Positions 58,046 through 64,000 of a stretch of 64,000 bases of DNA are shown here, piece after piece (within the stretch, counting starts at the first letter, position 1; each line of letters opens with the position of its first letter). Source of the stretch: Phycisphaerales bacterium (GTDB lineage: Bacteria; Planctomycetota; Phycisphaerae; Phycisphaerales; UBA1924); the NCBI GenBank assembly GCA_947459215.1, contig CANHCQ010000005.1:83467-147466 (forward strand), read 5' to 3'. The position numbers and the translations under genes were made by a program. The notes under the pieces are model-generated. The model was not told where the DNA came from. It did no database searches and worked only from the letters and a program-made list of their open reading frames with translations.

Positions 58046-59290
58046 TCACGGCCCGACAAAGGAGTCCATCGCATCATCGGGCATCTCAAAGCCCTCGAGC
58101 TTCCCGGTGCGCTCGATGTGAGCGACCTGCTTCAGCATGATCTCGAGAGCGCGGGGCAACCAGATGTTGTCGCCGCACGGACGCTCGGGCGTCGACATCC
58201 ATGCCACGTTTCCATCGGCGTGGAGCACGTACTGCCCGCGACCGCCGTGGTTCGACGAGTTCTCGAGCGGGTCGATGGGCTGATGCCGCACCGCGCGCCG
58301 GACCACCGGCGAGCGATCCGACAGCACCACAACCTTCGCCGGCTCGCACTCGACGCGCTGCCAATTCGGTCGGCTCGAACCCATGATCTGATAGCTGAAC
58401 GAGATCGCGTTCAGGTCGGTCCAGTCGTACGTCTCGGCCTTCACGTCGCCCCGCTCGGCATCGGGGTTGCCGGCGCACGCGAGGTCGGAAAGCTTGGCGT
58501 ACCGCGTGCGGGCGAGCGTGTACAGGTTCGCAGAGTTGGCCTGCGGCTTCTGCGGCGAAACGTTCCACCACGGGGTGCCGCCCACACCGCCGATGCCGGC
58601 CGTCGCCACCGGGAACTGATCGCGGTGATCACCCGCGTAGAGCCCCATCGCCGAAGCCACGCCGCCCAGATTCGAGCGGCACGCCGCGAGCTGACGCTGG
58701 TCGCCCACGAAATTGAGCGCGGGCCAGAGAACCGAGACGCCGATCAGCAGCATCGCAGCGATCGACAGTGCATCGGCGAGCCGCCACGAGCGCGTGGTCC
58801 GCATGGTCAGGCCGGACGCACGATCCGCCGCCGCACGGGCCGCAACCGCCTGAAACGTGCGTTCGACGAGCAGCGGTGTCGCGGTCATGTCCGACTCGCG
58901 CACAGCGCTGGCGAGTTCGTGATGCCGTGCGGCCCGGCCGCGCAGCACAGACGGAGTGGAGTCGGCCTCGTACTCGGCGAGCGCCCAGGCATCGAGCGCG
59001 TCGGCGTCGAGCGACGACAACGCCGGCTCAGCGTCAACCTCGCGGACCATCCGAAGCAACGTGACATCGACCAGTGTGCCTTCCGCACGAACATCAGGCG
59101 CAGCGAGCAAGCCGAGTAGCGCTTCCATCCGCTCCAGCCGCCGGGCATCGCATGATGCAGAATCCCGCGATACTTGCTCACGATCCGCGAGCCATGCATC
59201 CACCGCCGCTTGATCAGCGCCGGAGAGCGACCAGCCCTCGAAAGCGCCGTCGTCGTGTTGGTGACTCTCGTCTTGCGGCATAGAAAACAT
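58046..59290 (-). CDS. Anti-sigma factor fused to a DUF1559-like (H-X9-DG) extracytoplasmic domain
   Basis: Immediately downstream of the ECF sigma gene (5-nt gap). N-terminal cytoplasmic part; TM LSIAAMLLIGVSVLWPAL; then QRQLAACRSNLGGVASAMGLYAGDHRDQFP (DUF1559 N-region-like) and SSNHGGRGQYVLHADGNVAWMS (H-X9-DG-like). Start uncertain (ATGs at 59290 and 59281; the ORF opens with TTG at 59302). Confidence 0.55.
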   Translation of the reverse strand: MFSMPQDESHQHDDGAFEGWSLSGADQAAVDAWLADREQVSRDSASCDARRLERMEALLGLLAAPDVRAEGTLVDVTLLRMVREVDAEPALSSLDADALDAWALAEYEADSTPSVLRGRAARHHELASAVRESDMTATPLLVERTFQAVAARAAADRASGLTMRTTRSWRLADALSIAAMLLIGVSVLWPALNFVGDQRQLAACRSNLGGVASAMGLYAGDHRDQFPVATAGIGGVGGTPWWNVSPQKPQANSANLYTLARTRYAKLSDLACAGNPDAERGDVKAETYDWTDLNAISFSYQIMGSSRPNWQRVECEPAKVVVLSDRSPVVRRAVRHQPIDPLENSSNHGGRGQYVLHADGNVAWMSTPERPCGDNIWLPRALEIMLKQVAHIERTGKLEGFEMPDDAMDSFVGP

Positions 59291-59307
59291 CCCGGAAAGC
59301 AATCTCT

Positions 59308-60177
59308 CTACACCGGCTGTTCATCCGGCTCGTCCGCGTTCCCCGCGGCGCGCCGTGAAACCTGTTGCCAGCGCTTCGCAAAGGCGGCCACAGCGGCGTG
59401 CAGTCGGGACTTGACCGTCCCCAGCGGAATGCCCAGTTCATCCGCGATCTGTACGTAGCTCAGCCGCTGGAAGTATGCCAGCAGCAGGATCTCCTTCAGC
59501 GCCGGCGAAAGACCCGCCAGCGCCCGCTGCACGAGCACCTCGCGCTCGCCAGCCGACAGCCTTGCCTCCGGCGGATCCACCTCGATCTCCAGTAGATCGA
59601 CGAACGTGGTCGCGGAGGCCTCGCCGCCCCCTCCACCTCGACCACCAACCGGTGCGTCGAGATCGAGTTCGCGGCGGCGGATTTTCTTACGCAGGTAGTC
59701 CCGCCCTTTGTTCGCCGCGATCGTAAAAAGCCAGGGACGAAAACGCCGCTCGATGTCGAACGTGTCGCTGGACTGATAAATCTGCAGAAAGGTCTCTTGG
59801 AAGACGTCTTCGGCGGCGGCCCGTTCGCCGACGAGCCGGAACAAAAACCGCAGCAGGTCGTCCTTGTACCGCTCGATCAGGACCCGCAGTGCCGCCAGGT
59901 CGCCCCGGCGGAATTGGTCAAAGAGTTTTTCGTCGCTGACCTGTCGCACGCTGCTTTTCCGGGCTTTCCTTGCTCGCCGCGTCGGGGTTGCCGACGCCGT
60001 GTCCCAAGCGTCCAATCGGGGGTCCGGTGCACGATCCAGGACGCCGACTTCCATCAATCGACCAAGCCCGCGGCTGACGATCCGAAGCGTTCCCATGCCC
60101 GATAGAGCGCGCCAGCCACCTGCTTCGTTCTGCGGATTTCCGCCAGGCCCATCCTCCCAGACCCCAAACAACATCAA
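59308..60177 (-). CDS. ECF (group 4) RNA polymerase sigma factor with an N-terminal extension
   Basis: Region 2 (FDQFRRGDLAALRVLIERYKDDLLRFLFRLV...ETFLQIYQS...RPWLFTIAANKGRDYLRK) and region 4 (LSPALKEILLLAYFQRLSYVQIADELGIPLGTVKSRLHAAVAAF). The true start is probably downstream of the ORF-track TTG at 60177. Confidence 0.75.
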   Translation of the reverse strand: MMLFGVWEDGPGGNPQNEAGGWRALSGMGTLRIVSRGLGRLMEVGVLDRAPDPRLDAWDTASATPTRRARKARKSSVRQVSDEKLFDQFRRGDLAALRVLIERYKDDLLRFLFRLVGERAAAEDVFQETFLQIYQSSDTFDIERRFRPWLFTIAANKGRDYLRKKIRRRELDLDAPVGGRGGGGGEASATTFVDLLEIEVDPPEARLSAGEREVLVQRALAGLSPALKEILLLAYFQRLSYVQIADELGIPLGTVKSRLHAAVAAFAKRWQQVSRRAAGNADEPDEQPV

Positions 60178-60494
60178 GCTGTGGCAATGACCTCCGCCAC
60201 ACGCCGGGTGAACCGCACGCGCTCTCCGAACTTCGCGATCCCCTCGCCACGCAAGGCCGGCGCGACCTTCGCGACATACTGGTCAAACACGTCCCGGTTC
60301 GGGAAAAGATAGCGAGCCTCGACCTCAATCGTGGTTCTCGGATCTACGAGCCTCGAAACGCAGGCTTCCTTGGCACAACCCGCGACCACGGCCTGGATGT
60401 GACCGGCGCCGAGCCAACCTTGGTACTCGTCCGCGGTCGCAGCGTCGGGAAGAGTGGCCGTGACGGTGTAGACGATGGCGACCGGCGGGGGCAT
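60174..60494 (-). CDS. Small hypothetical protein (alpha/beta-barrel-like, DUF4286-like?) overlapping the ECF sigma ORF by 4 nt
   Basis: ATG at 60494. MPPPVAIVYTVTATLPDAATADEYQGWLGAGHIQAVVAGCAKEACVSRLV... The upstream part of the 226-aa ORF is low-complexity and is rejected. Confidence 0.35.
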   Translation of the reverse strand: MPPPVAIVYTVTATLPDAATADEYQGWLGAGHIQAVVAGCAKEACVSRLVDPRTTIEVEARYLFPNRDVFDQYVAKVAPALRGEGIAKFGERVRFTRRVAEVIATA

Positions 60495-60627
60495 GGGCCC
60501 AGAATACGTCAGGGCCGCGTGCGGGTTTGGACGATTCCATGCCGGTGAACGCACTTTCCCATCCCAACCAGCCATTTGCAGCCCCTGGGCGGCAATATCC
60601 GCTTCGGTTGGGCGTTGGAGGGGATGG

Positions 60628-61272
60628 ATGAACGTCGTGCCGGGATCAAGACAACCCGACTCGCACGACGACGGGCCTTCCGGCCCGGATCTGACGCCGG
60701 TCCTTCTTGCCGCGTCCAAGGGCGATGAGAAAGCCTGGCGACAGATCGTCGACCTGTACGCACGCCGCGTCTTCGCGCTCGCGCAGTCGCGATTAAGGAA
60801 CCCCGAAGTGGCCGAGGAGATCACCCAATCCGTGTTCGCGACCCTCGCGGCCAAGCTGGTCGGCGGCGGCTACACGGAGCAGGGCAAGTTCGAGCCTTGG
60901 CTCTTCCGGATCGCCACCAACCGCATCCGCGACGAGCAACGTCGTACGCGGCGCCATCCCGTCACGCACGACGCCGAGGCGGTGGATCGGGCACCCGCTC
61001 GCCGCGACGACTCCGACCAGAACTCCGAGCAGCTCGACCGCCTCCGGACCGCGATGCATCAACTGGCGGACGCGGACCGCGAGATCATCGAGCTGCGTCA
61101 CCACGGGCAGATGAGTTTCGCTCAGCTGGCGGAGATGCTGGGGGAACCGATTGGTACCTTGCTGGCGCGGCATCACCGGGCGCTCGCCAAATTGAAGTCG
61201 CTGATGGAGATCGGACTGACAGGGACGAACAAGAACACGATGGGCAGCAACCTGGGGAGGGCGGAGGCATGA
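60628..61272 (+). CDS. ECF RNA polymerase sigma factor (second, divergent from the first)
   Basis: ATG at 60628. Region 2 (DEKAWRQIVDLYARRVFALAQSRL...FEPWLFRIATNRIRDEQRR) and region 4 (ADREIIELRHHGQMSFAQLAEMLGEPIGTLLARHHRALAKLK). Confidence 0.75.
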   Translation: MNVVPGSRQPDSHDDGPSGPDLTPVLLAASKGDEKAWRQIVDLYARRVFALAQSRLRNPEVAEEITQSVFATLAAKLVGGGYTEQGKFEPWLFRIATNRIRDEQRRTRRHPVTHDAEAVDRAPARRDDSDQNSEQLDRLRTAMHQLADADREIIELRHHGQMSFAQLAEMLGEPIGTLLARHHRALAKLKSLMEIGLTGTNKNTMGSNLGRAEA

Positions 61273-61835
61273 ACATGAGCAACCACAACACCACGCCGGG
61301 CAGTGACGACGCCATGGCTCGCTTGCTTGACCACGTCGGGCGTGCAGACGCCGGTGCCGCCCATCGCGGTGCCGACCCGCTCGGGGCGACGATCGAGGAC
61401 CGGGTCTTCAACTCGACCCGCATGATCGTCTCGGCCCAGTCGCCGGTGATCGCCCGGATCGGGCCGCGAACGCGATTCGCTTCCGCCTTGCGCATCGCCG
61501 CGGCGGTAACGATTGTGGGCCTGCTTGGCGTGGGCTACGGCATCGCGACCCGCAACACCACCCCCACGACGACTTCCACCACGCTGGCCGCCTCCAACGC
61601 GAGCGAAGAAGTCGAACTCGTGCTCGCGGCTGTCTCGCTCCTAGATGAACCGCTGGCGTCCAGCATCGACGACCTCGCCGCGGACGCAATCAAACTCCAC
61701 GAGCTCGTCACTTCCGACCGCACCCTCGGTGTTGAGACTGGCGACGAGACGTCACAGTCTTCGAGCGGGTCCACCGGCACGTCCGCCACCAGCCGCTCCG
61801 GCATCGGAGCCGCCACGACCACTCTTGGCGTTTGA
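61269..61835 (+). CDS. Putative anti-sigma factor (single TM), start overlapping the sigma stop (ATGA)
   Basis: MNMSNHNTTPGSDDAMARLLDHV.... TM ALRIAAAVTIVGLLGVGYGIA. Thr/Ser-rich extracytoplasmic tail. Translationally coupled to the sigma gene. Confidence 0.5.
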   Translation: MNMSNHNTTPGSDDAMARLLDHVGRADAGAAHRGADPLGATIEDRVFNSTRMIVSAQSPVIARIGPRTRFASALRIAAAVTIVGLLGVGYGIATRNTTPTTTSTTLAASNASEEVELVLAAVSLLDEPLASSIDDLAADAIKLHELVTSDRTLGVETGDETSQSSSGSTGTSATSRSGIGAATTTLGV

Positions 61836-61852
61836 GCCCTACGGAGCCGCCC

Positions 61853-62974
61853 ATGAATCCTCGACAACTGGCAATCTTCTGCGGCACGGTGCTCGCTCTT
61901 GCTGGCTCGATGCCGCCTGCGTCAGCTCAACCCGAGAATCGGCCGCGTGAACAAGGTGCGCCGTCTGGCGATCCCCGTCCCGCCGACGACGGTCGCCCCC
62001 GCGAAGGCCGCCCGCGCCGCGGGCCGGATCAGCCGCCCCCGGGAGAGCGCGAGATCGAGGCACCACGTGAAGGACCGCGCGAGGGACCGCCCCGCGACGC
62101 CAAGATGCTGCGAGAGATGATCGACCGCGGCCTCGACGAGTCCGCCCGCGCGACACGCCGCTTCGAAGAAGCCCGCAAGATGCTCGACGACGGCCGCCCG
62201 CCCGAGGACGTCATCCGCTTCCTCCGCGAAGCCCGCGGCGGCATGCTCGCCGATCGCTTCGTCGAGCGCTTCCGCCGCGGCGAACGCCCCGAAGCGCCGC
62301 AGCCACTCTTTGATCGCGAACAGGGCCAGGGCCGCCCTGACCGCGGGCCAGAAGGCAAAGGCCCGGACCACAAGGGCCCAGACGGACGCCCCGCGTCGGG
62401 TTTGAACCCGGAGCAGCACGCCGAGTTGATGAAGTTCATACGCGAGGTGCGCCCCGACTTTGCGGACCGGCTGGAAGAGTGGAAAAAGAGCGAGCCCGGC
62501 GCGTTCCGGGCGATCATGGGCCGGCTGCTTCCCAAGGCAGTGGACGCGTTCCGCGCCCGCAATGACGACAAGGAGCTCTACGAGCTCCGCAGGGACGACC
62601 TCCGCTCGACGATCCTTGTGGTCGAGAAGGCGCACGAGCTTCGGCGTTGGCAGATGGAACACAAGGGCGACGAGGTCCCGGCAGAGAAGAAGGCCGAACT
62701 CCGCGACCTGATGGGCAAGGGCTACGACGCCCGCACGAAGGTGCGTGAGTACGAGGCCCAGCAACTGGCCAATCGCCTCGAATCCACCAAGAAGCAAATC
62801 CAGGAAGCCAAGGACGCCCGCGAGTCGCTGCTGGATCGCGCAGTCGACGAGGTCCTCAAGGGCCCGCCGCGCCGCGGGCCGCAGGGCAACGAAGGGCCCG
62901 AAGGCCGGCCAACCGGCGACGACGCGAAAAGCCCGCTCGGCGGCAAGCCGCCCAAGGTCGATCCGCCTCGGTGA
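61853..62974 (+). CDS. Secreted, highly charged Arg/Glu/Pro-rich protein, third gene of the ECF operon (possible CpxP/Spy-like periplasmic stress protein)
   Basis: Signal peptide MNPRQLAIFCGTVLALAGSMPPASA. Repeated helical charged segments with LxxEQ-type motifs (LNPEQHAELMKFIREVRPDFADRLEEWKK). Confidence 0.45.
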   Translation: MNPRQLAIFCGTVLALAGSMPPASAQPENRPREQGAPSGDPRPADDGRPREGRPRRGPDQPPPGEREIEAPREGPREGPPRDAKMLREMIDRGLDESARATRRFEEARKMLDDGRPPEDVIRFLREARGGMLADRFVERFRRGERPEAPQPLFDREQGQGRPDRGPEGKGPDHKGPDGRPASGLNPEQHAELMKFIREVRPDFADRLEEWKKSEPGAFRAIMGRLLPKAVDAFRARNDDKELYELRRDDLRSTILVVEKAHELRRWQMEHKGDEVPAEKKAELRDLMGKGYDARTKVREYEAQQLANRLESTKKQIQEAKDARESLLDRAVDEVLKGPPRRGPQGNEGPEGRPTGDDAKSPLGGKPPKVDPPR

Positions 62975-63013
62975 GACGCGCCGCCGCGGCTTGGTACGAC
63001 AACTTCTTCTTGA

Positions 63014-63397
63014 TCAAGACACGATCGAGCCGGGGGCGATGTCGCTCTTGGGCATGAGGATGACCACCTTCCGCTCGGTCGTCGCAGCCGGATCCTTGGG
63101 TGCGTCGCTGGCCGCGAGCAGCATGCCGCGGGATTCCTCGCCGCGGATCACGCGGGGAGCGAGGTTGGCAACGATGATGATCGACTGCCCCACGAGTTCC
63201 TCGGGCGTGTAATGCCCACGGATACCCGCACAGATCTGCCGCGGCGTGCCGCTTCCGTCGTCGAGCTGCAGCTTGAACAGCCGATCCGCCGAGGGGTGCA
63301 GCTCCGCCGTCACGATCTTCGCGACACGAAGATCGACCTTCGCGAACTCATCAAACGTGATCGTCGGCTTGGCAACTACCGCAGCGGCGTCGGACAT
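63014..63397 (-). CDS. csaA: tRNA-binding (EMAP/CsaA-type, Myf domain) protein
   Basis: RBS gaggga before the ATG at 63397. ITFDEFAKVDLRVAKIVTAELHPSADRLFKLQLDDGSGTPRQICAGIRGHYTPEELVGQSIIIVANLAPRVIRGEESRGMLLAA is the canonical tRNA_bind OB fold. Confidence 0.7.
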   Translation of the reverse strand: MSDAAAVVAKPTITFDEFAKVDLRVAKIVTAELHPSADRLFKLQLDDGSGTPRQICAGIRGHYTPEELVGQSIIIVANLAPRVIRGEESRGMLLAASDAPKDPAATTERKVVILMPKSDIAPGSIVS

Positions 63398-63421
63398 CGG
63401 TCGCTCCCTCAATCGCGCTCC

Positions 63422-63985
63422 CTATCGAGCGGGAGCGACTGTAGGCGACGCCTCCTCCGGCTTGGCCGCGGGCACAGACTTCCGCGTCTCAGCCGGAAGT
63501 TGCCACTTCCCGTCGCGCCAGGCAACGAACGTGGTATCCACACCAAACACCTTCGCGATCTCCGCGGCGTCGGGATCGCGCGCCGGAAGCATCTCTGCCT
63601 CCGTCGCGTCGCCCCAGCGATCCTGCGGCACGCCAAGCAACCGCAGCTGCATTCGCACCTGCGACCCGAAATCACGCGTCGACACCGCGAGGAACGCCTG
63701 CCCCTTGCATGCCGAACACAACGTCGCCGAGCGCGGCCCCTGCGGCATCACCAGCAACCGCCCGCCGCACGAAGGACACGGCTGTTTCTTGGCCGCCGCG
63801 TCCAAGTCTGACACGCTCGTCGTCCCGTCGGCCGACAACGCCGCTTCGTTCTGCTTGAGCACCGCCCGGACGGCTGGATCCGCCAAAAGCTCACGTGGCC
63901 GAATGCCCTCCCCCGCCCTCAGCCGCGTGATCGCCTCCCCTGCACGAGAACCCGCCGCCGCATCGATCCGATCACTCGGTCGCAT
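63422..63985 (-). CDS. Hypothetical zinc-ribbon protein (possibly 5'-truncated by the window end)
   Basis: CPSCGG...CSAC four-Cys motif. The ORF opens at or beyond 63985. Confidence 0.3.
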   Translation of the reverse strand: MRPSDRIDAAAGSRAGEAITRLRAGEGIRPRELLADPAVRAVLKQNEAALSADGTTSVSDLDAAAKKQPCPSCGGRLLVMPQGPRSATLCSACKGQAFLAVSTRDFGSQVRMQLRLLGVPQDRWGDATEAEMLPARDPDAAEIAKVFGVDTTFVAWRDGKWQLPAETRKSVPAAKPEEASPTVAPAR

Positions 63986-64000
63986 TGCCGAGTAGTCCGC

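Overview
This 64-kb window is high-GC (about 65-68%) and densely coding, and its content points to a Planctomycetota-like genome. The evidence for that is a DUF1559/prepilin-type pseudopilin-like gene, a PEP-CTERM protein, several dockerin-like C-terminal modules, many 4-nt start/stop overlaps, and an anti-sigma factor fused to a DUF1559 (H-X9-DG) module. I can support about 55 protein-coding genes from the six-frame translations. These include housekeeping genes (class II RNR C-terminal piece, 2-hydroxyacid dehydrogenase, HU, cstA, psuG, MBL hydrolase, lspA, DksA-like, nth, RRM protein, tatA, folD, M48 peptidase, ligA, rlmN, LptD-like OMP, HGD-like dioxygenase, cvpA, SDR, an ABC transporter operon with embedded pyk, tricorn protease, L,D-transpeptidase, nucleoside phosphorylase, csaA), two tRNAs (Met-CAT, Arg-CCG), two divergent ECF sigma/anti-sigma operons, and a heme-c-motif chemoreceptor. 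Four secreted proteins share a C-terminal tandem dockerin-like module. Non-coding structure not explained by the genes includes: two copies of a ~115-bp MITE-like element with 26-bp terminal inverted repeats in divergent promoters; a 24-bp exact GC-rich palindromic motif present twice; several tandem repeats; several intrinsic terminators; one orphan minus-strand terminator that suggests a small RNA; and two low-GC patches (an MTase gene, and a tRNA-Arg-adjacent segment) that look horizontally acquired. All calls rest on reading the provided translations and the sequence. No database searches were run.
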